From: Phycisphaerales bacterium
GTDB lineage: Bacteria; Planctomycetota; Phycisphaerae; Phycisphaerales; SM1A02
Reading direction: 5' to 3'
NCBI GenBank assembly: GCA_009691805.1
Contig: SIAK01000002.1
Span: 17,627-81,626, forward strand
DNA: 64,000 nucleotides
The notes under the pieces are model-generated. The model searched no databases, was not told the origin of the DNA, and saw nothing but the letters and a program-made list of their open reading frames with translations. Shown here in pieces: positions 19,114 through 30,321 of the stretch. The position numbers and the translations under genes are program-made. Position 1 is the first letter of the stretch; each line of letters begins with the position of its first letter.

Positions 19114-19964
19114 TACAGTCGAGCACTTCAACCCACGAGCCATCGATGACACTTCCGAGCAGTTTTTTTCCGACACCCGCGCACGACGCACGCGTGCACG
19201 CAGTCGAAGCAGCGCCCGCTGTTGTGGTGCGCAACCTCAACGCGTGGTACGGATCGTTTCACGCGCTCACGGATCTGACATTGAATATTGCGGCGCAACG
19301 CGTGACGGCGTTCATTGGTCCCTCAGGTTGCGGAAAGAGCACGTTTTTGCGCTGGATTAATCGGATGAACGACACGATTCCAACCGCGCGCGCGGAAGGC
19401 TCCTTGTGTTTGCATGGTGATGAAGTCCTTGCGCGCTCGATGGATGTTGTGGAACTTCGTCGCCGCGTCGGCATGGTCTTCCAGAAGCCGAATCCGTTTC
19501 CAAAGTCGATCTACGACAATGTCGCGTTCGGACCGCGATTGCACCGCGTCTATTCCAAGGGCGACCTCGATCTACTCGTCGAACAGAGCCTTCGCCAAGC
19601 CGCACTGTGGAATGAAGTGAAGGATCGTTTACGCGCTTCCGCGCTCAGTCTCTCGGGTGGTCAGCAGCAGCGACTGTGCATCGCGCGCGCGATCGCAGCG
19701 GGTCCTGAACTGCTCCTGATGGATGAGCCATGCTCGGCGCTTGACCCGAAGTCCACGCTCGCAATTGAAGAGCTGATTGAACAACTCGCCGAGCGATACA
19801 CGATCGTCATCGTCACGCACAACATGCAGCAGGCGGCGCGCGTTTCCGACACGACGGCATTCTTTTTCGAAGGTCGCCTCATTGAATGGGGCGAGACCGA
19901 AGCGATTTTTACGAAACCGACGAACCGCCAGACTGAAGACTATGTCACAGGTCGGTTCGGCTGA
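19110..19964 (+). CDS. pstB: phosphate ABC transporter ATP-binding protein
   Basis: [12 protein letters not shown] (Walker A), [16 protein letters not shown] (ABC signature), [13 protein letters not shown] (Walker B) and the [13 protein letters not shown] motif typical of PstB. A GTG at 19110 overlaps the pstA stop. An alternative ATG lies at 19146. Confidence 0.9.
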   Translation: MIQSSTSTHEPSMTLPSSFFPTPAHDARVHAVEAAPAVVVRNLNAWYGSFHALTDLTLNIAAQRVTAFIGPSGCGKSTFLRWINRMNDTIPTARAEGSLCLHGDEVLARSMDVVELRRRVGMVFQKPNPFPKSIYDNVAFGPRLHRVYSKGDLDLLVEQSLRQAALWNEVKDRLRASALSLSGGQQQRLCIARAIAAGPELLLMDEPCSALDPKSTLAIEELIEQLAERYTIVIVTHNMQQAARVSDTTAFFFEGRLIEWGETEAIFTKPTNRQTEDYVTGRFG

Positions 19965-20030
19965 GTCCGCGCGAAGCGCATTTCTAATCCGGCGCAGTGC
20001 ACTTTCAATCCGCAAGCAGAGTCGAATCTC

Positions 20031-20687
20031 ATGGCAGTCAACCTTCAATCTCGCGTCATCGACCTTCGCCGCAAATTGCTCGTGATGGGTGCTGCTGTCG
20101 AACATCGCGTGACGCAAGCGGTGCAAGTGATTCGCGATGGTGATGTGGAACTCGCGCGCGTGGTGCGCGAGTCCGACACCGAAGTCGATCAAATGCAAGC
20201 GGAGGTTGAGGACGAGTGCATGCGCTTGCTCGCACTCGGCGCGCCTGTGGCAAGTGATCTTCGGTTGATTCTCACGGCAATTCGTATCTCTAATGAACTT
20301 GAACGCGTCGCGGACATGGCGAAGGGTTCCTGCAAGCGTGTGACCAAACTTGTGGAGTCTGGTTCGTATCGATTCCCGCCGGCTCTGCTCGATATGGCTG
20401 AAGCCACGCGCACGATGTTGCGGGATGTGCTTGTCGCGCTTTCGAATGAAGACAGCAAGCTCTGCCTCGAAATCCGTCGCAGCGATAGTTATGTCGACGC
20501 GCTCAACCGCGAAGTCATTCTGTGGAGCCGCGAGTGGATTACGCAGGATGTCGGGGCAACGGCGGCGGCGATTGATCTGCTCGCAATCGGCCAACGCTTC
20601 GAACGCATGGCCGATGTCATCACTCAAATCGCGGGAGACACCGTGTTTCTCGTCGACGGACGCATCCTCCGCCACGGCGCGGAGTGA
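20031..20687 (+). CDS. phoU: phosphate signalling complex protein PhoU
   Basis: The two-repeat PhoU fold is visible: D.EVD.....E.....LLALGAPVASDLR.I....ISNELERVADMA, and a second repeat DSYVDALN...ERMADVITQIA. The gene lies immediately after pstB. Confidence 0.88.
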   Translation: MAVNLQSRVIDLRRKLLVMGAAVEHRVTQAVQVIRDGDVELARVVRESDTEVDQMQAEVEDECMRLLALGAPVASDLRLILTAIRISNELERVADMAKGSCKRVTKLVESGSYRFPPALLDMAEATRTMLRDVLVALSNEDSKLCLEIRRSDSYVDALNREVILWSREWITQDVGATAAAIDLLAIGQRFERMADVITQIAGDTVFLVDGRILRHGAE

Positions 20688-20851
20688 GCACGAGCGGTCG
20701 CAGGAGATTTATGCCGACTTTGCGGTCTGTGCGGAGATGGCTTCCGCGAAATCCGTGATTTCGAAACTTCACCGTGGATTCTTCGTAATGCTGCGTAGAC
20801 TCGCAGTGGACAGGGAGTCGTTCACAGAGTCGCGCGGGAAGTCGCACCACG

Positions 20852-21391
20852 ATGCAGCCGAAGGAGTTTTCATCTCAAGATTCACTGCACACAAGTGGGC
20901 GCGCAAGTGGCCGCTCCTCTGTGCGATTGAGCGATGAGCACTCCGTTTCCGCCACTCGCGCGCAAGCCGAGCGCATGCGCCAGAGATTGCGCGTCGTTGC
21001 CGCTGAGACCGTGCTCTCCAAGAATCCTGAACCGAAAGAGTTCTTCGAAACGAAGTCGCATGCCGTGCTAGGAAGCACTGATCCACGTTGGATTTTCGCG
21101 AAAGAAACTGCGCGCGTGCTCGCTGGTGCAGTGCTGCCGCATGACCGCCGCGAAGGCTTGATGCTGCTCGCGCAACGACTCGGATTGCGCCCGTTTGATG
21201 CAAATCTCATCGTCGCTGTGGTGCAAGATCGCGCACGACGCGGTGAACCACTCGAACATACAACCACGACGCTCGCGATGATTCCGAACGCGTCGCCCCC
21301 ACGCGAATCCTTCGCGCGTCTGATGACAACTGCCATCCTGCTCGCAATCCTTGTGGATGCGTGGCTCGTTGGTTGGCTGCTCTTCAGTTAG
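20852..21391 (+). CDS. hypothetical protein with C-terminal TM anchor
   Basis: The ORF fills the gap between phoU and rnc. It has a C-terminal hydrophobic helix (MTTAILLAILVDAWLVGWLLFS). I recognise no family. The start is uncertain. Confidence 0.4.
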   Translation: MQPKEFSSQDSLHTSGRASGRSSVRLSDEHSVSATRAQAERMRQRLRVVAAETVLSKNPEPKEFFETKSHAVLGSTDPRWIFAKETARVLAGAVLPHDRREGLMLLAQRLGLRPFDANLIVAVVQDRARRGEPLEHTTTTLAMIPNASPPRESFARLMTTAILLAILVDAWLVGWLLFS

Positions 21392-21409
21392 TCGTACATC
21401 AAGAAACTT

Positions 21410-22162
21410 CTAGCGAACCGCGCCATCGTTGAGATCCGCTTCGCCCGTGCTCTCGTCAATTCTCGCGAGCCCGAGTTCCACGAGCGCTGCCAACGCCGCC
21501 GCTTGCTCGGCTTCTTTCTTGCTTGCGCCTGTTTGCATGGCAAAACGCCGCTCTCCGACGACTGCGCAGATGTGAAAGCATTTCAGATGGTCGGGGCCTT
21601 CTTCTGCGAGAATGAGATAGTCGGGCGTCGCTCCGCCTCCGCGTTGCAGCGTTTGTTGAAGCACGCTCTTGAAGTTTTCTTGATGCCCTTGTTCATGTGC
21701 GCGGACGATGCGCGGGTTCATCACGCGCAGCACAAACTCGCGCGTGACTTCAAATCCAGCGTCGAGATAGAGCGCGCCCACAACAGATTCAAACACCGCT
21801 GCGAGAAGCGAGAGTGGAAGTTGCTCGCGTGAACCCATGCCTTTGCCGAGTGAAATCGCCTGATCAAATCCAAGTTCCTTCGCAACCTCAGCGCACACTT
21901 TGCGCGACACGATGTTCGACTTCACTTTCGTGAGTTCCCCTTCGAGCGCGTTTGGGTAGGCGAGAAAGAGACGCTCGCAGATGATGACGCCAAGAATCGC
22001 ATCGCCGAAAAACTCGAGTCGCTCGTTGCTGTCGAGACGTTTGGGTGCAACGGATGCGTGGATCAGCGCGCGTTCGAGCAGGGCTCGATCTTTGAAGGTG
22101 TAACCAAGCGCCTGTTCGACGATGCCCCGTTCGGGAGGCTGTGGAAAATGAGATTGCTCCAT
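21410..22162 (-). CDS. rnc: ribonuclease III
   Basis: LGYTFKDRALLERALIHAS....SNERLEFFGDAILG (RNase III signature ERLEFLGD)...GELTKVKSNIVS, with a C-terminal dsRBD (GPDHLKCFHICAVV...GASKKEAEQAAA). The start was trimmed to the ATG at 22162. Confidence 0.9.
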   Translation of the reverse strand: MEQSHFPQPPERGIVEQALGYTFKDRALLERALIHASVAPKRLDSNERLEFFGDAILGVIICERLFLAYPNALEGELTKVKSNIVSRKVCAEVAKELGFDQAISLGKGMGSREQLPLSLLAAVFESVVGALYLDAGFEVTREFVLRVMNPRIVRAHEQGHQENFKSVLQQTLQRGGGATPDYLILAEEGPDHLKCFHICAVVGERRFAMQTGASKKEAEQAAALAALVELGLARIDESTGEADLNDGAVR

Positions 22163-22466
22163 GACCGCGTTCCCCAGCAGCCCTCGATGAAGGCTACTGC
22201 GGGGACTCCAAAAAATGCCAGCATCGCGTCTGGCGCGCTCTTCCTGCGGCGGGAGCTCCAATCGCCGCGACGCCGCGGCAGGTGGAGGACCTGCATCAGA
22301 AACTAGTCCTACTCTATATCGGCGTTCGAGCGCGGCAACGCCTGCAGTTTTGGATGAGTCAGGAGCGTCCGAGATCCATGCGGCCGTTTCCAGAATCTCG
22401 CCAATCGGAGCATTGCCTTCTGCCGCGACTTCGGATAGCCTCCTCGACCCGTTAGGAAGGTTTATC

Positions 22467-22601
22467 CATGCATTACCCGCACCGAATTAGTCGAATCAAG
22501 AAAGTACGCAGCGTCGGTTTCCGCGCTCGTATGTCCACCCGCAAGGGTCGCAAGATCATCAACAGCAAGCGCGCCCTGGGTCGCCGACTCACGCTGCGCT
22601 A
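22467..22601 (+). CDS. rpmH: 50S ribosomal protein L34
   Basis: This is a 44-codon ORF, which is why it is not in the ORF track. The product MHYPHRISRIKKVRSVGFRARMSTRKGRKIINSKRALGRRLTLR matches the L34 pattern (..R.HGFR.RM.T..GR.....RR.KGR..L). A GGAAGG SD-like motif lies at 22453-22458. Confidence 0.85.
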
Positions 22602-22623
22602 AGTACTCCCGCAAAGTAAACCA

Positions 22624-23223
22624 TTGACCGACCGAGGCGCAACCCCTCCGCTCATCCTGCTTGCTGGATTGCGAGCGAGCGGAAAAAGCACCATCGGTCC
22701 GTTACTGGCGGCGCGGCTCTCGCTTCCATTCTTCGATCTTGATCATCAAACCGCCGCACTCCTTCGTGGAAGCGACGGTTTTGCTACAGCTTCAGAGTTG
22801 TTTCAAGCGCGCGGTGAACTCGCTTTTCGCGCGGCGGAATGCGATGCGTTCGCGCGTGCATGCAGTGTCGAAGCGCTGGCTGCACCTCGTGTTCTTGCGC
22901 TTGGAGGTGGAACGCTCATGCAAGGCGCTGTGCAAGAATCTCTTCGTGCGGAACGGCAACGATCAGCACGCGCCATCTGCGTGATTCTGCTCGATCCCTC
23001 GATTGAAACGATGCGCGAACGATTGCGCGCGGATGCGGGTCATCGACCGAGTTTGACGGGCGCGTCCGTGATCGATGAGGTTGCGGAGATCGCTGCAGCA
23101 CGCCTCGGCGTGTATCGAACGCTCGCAGATGCAGTGGTGGCGGAATCGAGTTCTCCCGAGGCAACGACAGTCGCTTGTATCGCGGCAATTGCGCTGTGGA
23201 ATGCGCGTCAAGCGGCGAGTTGA
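22624..23223 (+). CDS. aroK: shikimate kinase
   Basis: ILLAGLRASGKSTIGPLLAARLSLPFFDLD (P-loop plus the DxD of shikimate kinases)...LALGGGT...GHRPSL. It uses a TTG start 22 nt after the rpmH stop. Confidence 0.72.
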   Translation: MTDRGATPPLILLAGLRASGKSTIGPLLAARLSLPFFDLDHQTAALLRGSDGFATASELFQARGELAFRAAECDAFARACSVEALAAPRVLALGGGTLMQGAVQESLRAERQRSARAICVILLDPSIETMRERLRADAGHRPSLTGASVIDEVAEIAAARLGVYRTLADAVVAESSSPEATTVACIAAIALWNARQAAS

Positions 23224-23624
23224 AGCCAGCGTTGCGCGAGCAATCGAGCCAGCGCCTTGCGCGCGAGTGCTCCTCGCGCGTCGCGACCAAATTCAACGGC
23301 GACCGACATCGGTCCAAACAACAATTCCTCGCTGTCTTCTCGCACGACATGCGCGCGAAGGACGACAGCGTGACGAAGTGCAGGGAGATGGATCTCGATT
23401 TCGAGTTCCGTTCCAACCGCGATCGCTTCATCGATTTCGAATCTCATGCCGCGCATACTCAAGTCATAGAGATGACCATTGCGCGGCGTCGCAAGCGCGC
23501 CGATTTCGCGGACGCGAACGGAGGAATACATTGGTTCCACGTGAAAGCGCGCGCATTGCCTGCGCTCGGGACCCCTGCCACGATGCAATCGAAGAAAGTG
23601 ATTTGTATTCCAACTGTTCAGCAT
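23208..23624 (-). CDS. PilZ domain protein (putative c-di-GMP receptor)
   Basis: RRQCARFHV...GHLYDLSMRGMRFEIDEAIAVGTELEIEI fits the PilZ RxxxR ... D/NxSxxG pattern. Its 3' end overlaps the aroK 3' end by 16 bp (convergent). Confidence 0.65.
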   Translation of the reverse strand: MLNSWNTNHFLRLHRGRGPERRQCARFHVEPMYSSVRVREIGALATPRNGHLYDLSMRGMRFEIDEAIAVGTELEIEIHLPALRHAVVLRAHVVREDSEELLFGPMSVAVEFGRDARGALARKALARLLAQRWLQLAA

Positions 23625-23788
23625 CTCGAATCCCTTCGTGATGCGCGCTTACTCCACGCGGCGCATCGGTACGCTAACACGATTCACACCAACGATCGGT
23701 CTTTGCAACCTTTAAACGAAAGTTTTCTCGGAACTGAAGATTGCGAGTCGCCCCATGCATCCCCCGTGCACACAGTATCGTTCGCGTG

Positions 23789-24853
23789 ATGACTTTCATT
23801 GACGCAACTTCTCAGAGCACCGTCATTCGCGAGAGTGATGCGTTGCAGTTCGATGCACTCGTTGCGCCGCTTCGTGGCAAGTGCATCGCTGTGCTTGGCT
23901 ATGGAAACCAAGGGCGCGCGCATGCTCAAAACCTGCGGGATTCTGGGCTTGAAGTGATCATTGGCGGTCGGCCGATCGAACATGGTGGCAGCGCGCGCGT
24001 GCAGGCAGAGCGCGATGGATTTGCGTCGATGGATTACGCGCAAGCGTGCGCCCGAGCCGACCTCGTGATCGTCGCGTTGCCCGATCAAGCGCAGCCGTCG
24101 GCGTGGGTGCGATGGATCGAACCTTCCCTTCGCGCGGGCACTGTGGTCGGATTTGTGCACGGCTTTGCGATCCGATTTGGTTTCATCGAGCCACTGGAAG
24201 CGCTCGACCTCGGCATCGTGCTCCTCGCACCCAAGGGTCCTGGCGCGACCGTTCGCGCGCGATTCGTCGCTGGCCAAGGTATCCCTGCGCTCCTCGCCGT
24301 TGCGCGAGAAAACAAGGCGAATGCAGCACGCGCGACTGCGGTGGCATGGGGTGCGGGCATCGGATGTACGCGGAGTGGGCTTCTCGAAACGACCTTCGCG
24401 GCAGAAGCAGAGAGCGATCTGTTCGGTGAACAAGCGGTGCTCTGTGGTGGCATGCTTGGACTCGTGGAAGCTGCGTTCGACATGGCAGTCGCTGCGGGCT
24501 ATCCACCGGAGGTTGCGTACATCGAGTGTTGCCATGAACTGAAGCAAGTCGCGGATCTTCTCTACGCGCGCGGACCTGATGGCATGCGTCGCACGATCTC
24601 CGACACAGCAGAATTCGGCGCATTCGTAGCCGCGAAGTCGCTCGTCGACGATGCGCTGAAATCGAAACTGAGCGCGCTGCTCGCGGATGTTCGATCCGGC
24701 GCGTTTGCGGCACGATTTATGCTCGATCACGCGAACGGACATCCTGAGTTCACCGCTTGGCGAGCGCGCGCGAGTGCGCATCCGATTGAAGGCGCGAGTG
24801 CACGGGTGCGCGCACTCATGCCCTGGCTTGCGAAGGATGGAGCGGCCTCATGA
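23789..24853 (+). CDS. ilvC: ketol-acid reductoisomerase (class I)
   Basis: GKCIAVLGYGNQGRAHAQNLRDSGLEV (NADP-binding)...FVHGFAI...APKGPG..VR...G.G.P.L.AV......A...A..W....G......ETTF..E.ESDLFGEQAVLCGG. The start was trimmed to the ATG at 23789. Confidence 0.9.
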   Translation: MTFIDATSQSTVIRESDALQFDALVAPLRGKCIAVLGYGNQGRAHAQNLRDSGLEVIIGGRPIEHGGSARVQAERDGFASMDYAQACARADLVIVALPDQAQPSAWVRWIEPSLRAGTVVGFVHGFAIRFGFIEPLEALDLGIVLLAPKGPGATVRARFVAGQGIPALLAVARENKANAARATAVAWGAGIGCTRSGLLETTFAAEAESDLFGEQAVLCGGMLGLVEAAFDMAVAAGYPPEVAYIECCHELKQVADLLYARGPDGMRRTISDTAEFGAFVAAKSLVDDALKSKLSALLADVRSGAFAARFMLDHANGHPEFTAWRARASAHPIEGASARVRALMPWLAKDGAAS

Positions 24854-25719
24854 CGATCCTTGATGCGATCGTGCTCGGACTTGTCGAAGGCATCACCGAG
24901 TACCTGCCTGTCAGCTCAACAGGTCATCTCATTCTCGCAACGTGGTTGTTGGGTCTCCGCGAAGACAAAGCGAGGCTCGCATCGATTGACGCGTTCAACA
25001 TCATCATTCAGGGCGGCGCGATTCTCGCGGTCTTGCTCCTCTATCGCGCACGGGTCGCGCAGATGCTGCGTGGAATCCTCGGTCTCGATCGCGCGGGGTT
25101 GCAGCTTTTCGGAAAGATTTGCATCGCATTCCTCCCTGCTGCGGTGTTTGGAAAACTCTTCGACGACGCGATCGAAGCGAAGTTGTTTCATCCTGTGCCG
25201 GTCCTGATGATGCTCGGCGGCGGCGGAATTCTGCTGTTGTTGATCGGCAAGTGGATGCGATCACTTGTCAGCCGCGAAGAAGGCGAGAGCGAAGACTTCG
25301 TGCAACTCTCTTACCGCGCCGCGTTGTGCATCGGGCTCTTCCAATGCGTCGCGATGGTTCCTGGCACGAGTCGATCACTCATGGCGATTCTCGGCGGACT
25401 TCTCTGCGGGCTCTCGCCGCGACGCAGCGCCGAGTTCAGTTTTCTCCTTGGATTGCCAACGCTCGGTGCCGCGTGTTTGTACAAACTAATGCAAGCATCC
25501 AACGATGCAGGCGGCTTCACTCCGTTTGCGGATTCCATCGGAGGTCCGGTGCCGATGCTCGTGGGCATCGCGGTTGCCACAGTGAGCGCAGCACTCGCGG
25601 TGCGATGGCTTGTGTCGTTGCTCTCGCGCGGAGGTCTTGAAATCTTCGGCATCTGGCGCATCGCCGTTGCGGTGATTCTCGGCGCGCTGCTTGTCTCGGG
25701 CAATGCGCAACTCAGCTGA
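24850..25719 (+). CDS. uppP: undecaprenyl-diphosphate phosphatase
   Basis: ILDAIVLGLVEGITEYLPVSSTGHLIL (UppP/BacA signature)...PGTSRSLMAILGG...SAEFSFLLGLP. It has an ATGA overlap with ilvC. Confidence 0.9.
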   Translation: MTILDAIVLGLVEGITEYLPVSSTGHLILATWLLGLREDKARLASIDAFNIIIQGGAILAVLLLYRARVAQMLRGILGLDRAGLQLFGKICIAFLPAAVFGKLFDDAIEAKLFHPVPVLMMLGGGGILLLLIGKWMRSLVSREEGESEDFVQLSYRAALCIGLFQCVAMVPGTSRSLMAILGGLLCGLSPRRSAEFSFLLGLPTLGAACLYKLMQASNDAGGFTPFADSIGGPVPMLVGIAVATVSAALAVRWLVSLLSRGGLEIFGIWRIAVAVILGALLVSGNAQLS

Positions 25720-25731
25720 ACGGTCGATCCA

Positions 25732-26244
25732 TCACACTTCCGAAAGCGGCTCGACGAGCGCCTCGTAACTAGACGCGATCGGTTCTCCAAGAAGTGGGCG
25801 AAACTCCGCGACAAGGTGCTCGACTTTCATCCGCGTCTCGCTCGCATCGACCCCCTGCTGCACGACACCTTCGAACTCAAGAAAACTGCCGATGCCAAGC
25901 ACTTCATCGAGATGAATGCGCACGTTCTCGAGCGTCCACAATTCACGACATTTCACGACGCGCTTCCACGGTCGACGATCAAGTCCTTCGAAACGCAGCG
26001 CGACTTGCTGATCATCGAGCAGCGTCCAATGACTTTCGCGCACGCCGACTTGGTCGCTGCGTTGATACCAAATCCAGCGGGTGGGTTCGCCCGCACACTC
26101 GCGCCGTTTCAATCGTCCTTCAGGCACGCGCACGAAAACATCCGTCTGCTCAAACTTGCCTTGAAACACCGCGCCGAGTGTTTGCAGCACACCACGCGCA
26201 AGTTCGCGTTCTCGAAGTTCCGCTTTGTATTCAATGTTGAGCAT
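25732..26244 (-). CDS. CYTH-domain protein (class IV adenylate cyclase / triphosphatase-like)
   Basis: The N-terminal MLNIEYKAEL (ExK of the CYTH ExExK motif; the first Glu is replaced by Asn), ...Q.D.F......RLK.R......L..Y.R..., and LEFEGV near the C-terminus fit a CyaB-like fold. Length is about 170 aa. Confidence 0.55.
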   Translation of the reverse strand: MLNIEYKAELRERELARGVLQTLGAVFQGKFEQTDVFVRVPEGRLKRRECAGEPTRWIWYQRSDQVGVRESHWTLLDDQQVALRFEGLDRRPWKRVVKCRELWTLENVRIHLDEVLGIGSFLEFEGVVQQGVDASETRMKVEHLVAEFRPLLGEPIASSYEALVEPLSEV

Positions 26245-26308
26245 GCACGCGTGGCTCCGTTGCTGCACTGTCTTCTATCGGCAGGCAACAACGCCGCGCC
26301 GCAACTGT

Positions 26309-26836
26309 TCAATCGCCCGCGTTGAGCACGGCGTCTTGAGCACCCGCCGCCACTTCGGGTGACTGCAACGCGCGACCTGAAGCAATGCGCGACAATTGCC
26401 GCTCGACCGCGAGTCGGTTTGGATACCCACTGCCTCGCACGATCAGCGCGTCTTGCTCGCAATCCACCTCAAAGATCGTCCACGCGGCAAGGCCACTCGA
26501 CGCACCCGCGAACCAGAGCGCGCCGTTGGGTGCGCGCGAAATCTCTGTCGCGCGGACGACGACCTGTGCGTTCGTGATTATTTTCCACTCGTCGTCATCC
26601 GACTGCGAGGCAATTTCAATGTGCCACGTCTCTCGTTCACTCGGAAGGGAATCGAGTGGCGGAATGACTTGCACAATGTGCACGAGCTTCGCGCCGCATG
26701 CGATGGTTCCATGCGGAATCACGACAGGTTTCGCGAGAAGATTGCCGCCTAAGAACCAGACGAGCAGCGCTGCGAACACGATAAAGATCGCGAGACGCAG
26801 GAAGAGGCTTCGAAGTCCGAGGAGAAACTGACCCAA
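26309..26836 (-). CDS. hypothetical single-pass membrane protein
   Basis: ORF 26309..26995 overlaps the ligA 3' end. The first plausible start after the ligA stop is a TTG at 26836. There is one TM helix (LAIFIVFAALLVWFLGG) followed by a soluble domain. I recognise no family. Confidence 0.4.
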   Translation of the reverse strand: MGQFLLGLRSLFLRLAIFIVFAALLVWFLGGNLLAKPVVIPHGTIACGAKLVHIVQVIPPLDSLPSERETWHIEIASQSDDDEWKIITNAQVVVRATEISRAPNGALWFAGASSGLAAWTIFEVDCEQDALIVRGSGYPNRLAVERQLSRIASGRALQSPEVAAGAQDAVLNAGD

Positions 26837-26891
26837 TGGGCAAACTCCAAATAATTGCGAGAAGTGGAATCGTAGCGAAATCCGTCGAACT

Positions 26892-29039
<2,148 letters not shown>

Positions 29040-29336
29040 CTAAGAATCTGCCGAAATCATGCTCGGACCGTCACCTGCGCGCTTCTCGTACTCGCCCGTC
29101 GATGTCTTCTGATACTTCGTGAATCCTAAGCGGCCCAGGTTCGCGTCAGAGAGTTTGCGCTTCTCGCCGCCTTCAGAATAGGGACCACCGATGTTGGGAA
29201 GCACAGGCACGCGGCGCACCGGAAGCCCCGACTCAGGATGCGTCTCGAGTGCAGGCTCACTCATGCGCTGCACAACTTCGAAGTGCTCGCCAAGGCTCCC
29301 ATCAGGAGTGACAACTGCGTAGAGATACGTCGGCAT
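29040..29336 (-). CDS. FmdB-family-like small protein lacking the zinc-ribbon cysteines
   Basis: MPTYLYAVV...EHFEVVQRMSEPALETHPESGLPVRRV...LGRLGFTKY parallels the FmdB/CxxC_CxxC_SSSS pattern (MPxYEYxCxxCGxxFExxQxMSxxxLxxCPxCGxxLRR), but all four Cys positions are substituted. It lies directly upstream of ligA. Confidence 0.5.
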   Translation of the reverse strand: MPTYLYAVVTPDGSLGEHFEVVQRMSEPALETHPESGLPVRRVPVLPNIGGPYSEGGEKRKLSDANLGRLGFTKYQKTSTGEYEKRAGDGPSMISADS

Positions 29337-29371
29337 TGCCTGAAAGGTAGCAGGAGCTGTACTGTTTCGAC

Positions 29372-30226
29372 ATGGATCGCCCGTCCCTCGGAATCTGTTC
29401 GTGGAGCCTTCGTCCGCAATCGATCGACGAACTCATCGCCGCGCTGCGTCGCGTGGGTGTGACTTCTGTGCAACTTGCGCTGACGCCACTCGTCGAGCCT
29501 CGCTTGGATGACTGGGAATCCTGCTGGGGAAGTGGATGCGCGCGACTTCGTGACGCGGGCATCGAGATCGCAAGCGGCATGCTCGAAACCGTTGGCGAAG
29601 ATTACACATCGCTTGCGTCCATAAAGGCAACAGGCGGCGTTCGCCCGGATGCGACGTGGATTGCCACACTCGCGCGCGCGCAGCAAGTTGCGCATCTCGC
29701 TGAAGCCGAAGGCATCTCACTTGTCACGTTGCACGCAGGGTTCATTCCGCATGAAACGCATGATCCAACCCGTCGCACGATTCTCGCGAGGCTGCGCGTT
29801 CTTGCAGATCTCTTTGCTGCGCACGGCGCTTCCATTGCGTTTGAGACAGGGCAAGAAACTGCCGCGACGCTCGTGGATGCATTGCGCGAACTTGACCGAG
29901 CCTCGGTGGGCGTGAACTTCGATCCTGCGAACATGATTCTCTACGGCATGGGCGATCCTGTCGCGGCACTTGCGGCGCTCGCGCCAAGCGTTCGGCAGAT
30001 TCACATCAAGGACGCGCGTCCCTCGGCCACGCCAGGCGAGTGGGGAAGCGAAGTTCCTGCGGGCGAAGGCGCTGTCGATTGGAATGCCTTCTTCGCGGTC
30101 GCGAATGCGCAGACACCAACCTGCCGATACGTCATCGAACGCGAGGCTGGCGAGTCGCGCGAACGGGATATTGAGCGCGCGGTTGCGTTGCTGCAGCGCA
30201 CGCACTGCGCCCAAGGCACCTCGTAG
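29372..30226 (+). CDS. sugar phosphate isomerase/epimerase (xylose isomerase-like TIM barrel)
   Basis: LGICSWSL......ELIAALRRVGVTSVQLAL...VTLHAGF...IAFETGQE.....L...L......GVNFDPANMILYG is a typical AP_endonuc_2/TIM-barrel pattern. The substrate is unknown. Confidence 0.7.
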   Translation: MDRPSLGICSWSLRPQSIDELIAALRRVGVTSVQLALTPLVEPRLDDWESCWGSGCARLRDAGIEIASGMLETVGEDYTSLASIKATGGVRPDATWIATLARAQQVAHLAEAEGISLVTLHAGFIPHETHDPTRRTILARLRVLADLFAAHGASIAFETGQETAATLVDALRELDRASVGVNFDPANMILYGMGDPVAALAALAPSVRQIHIKDARPSATPGEWGSEVPAGEGAVDWNAFFAVANAQTPTCRYVIEREAGESRERDIERAVALLQRTHCAQGTS

Positions 30227-30321
30227 TCGCCATCTGAAGATTCGCTGATCCGACACGCGGAAAGAAACCGAAAAACTCCATAGTTTCGCGTGAGCACATC
30301 CGACCCCCCACACCCTACCAT

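Noticed and set aside
22455-22475. A DnaA-box-like TTATCCATG next to rpmH, as a possible oriC signal.
   Set aside because: It is a single imperfect box overlapping the rpmH start codon. There is no cluster of boxes, no AT-rich unwinding element, and no dnaA or dnaN nearby.
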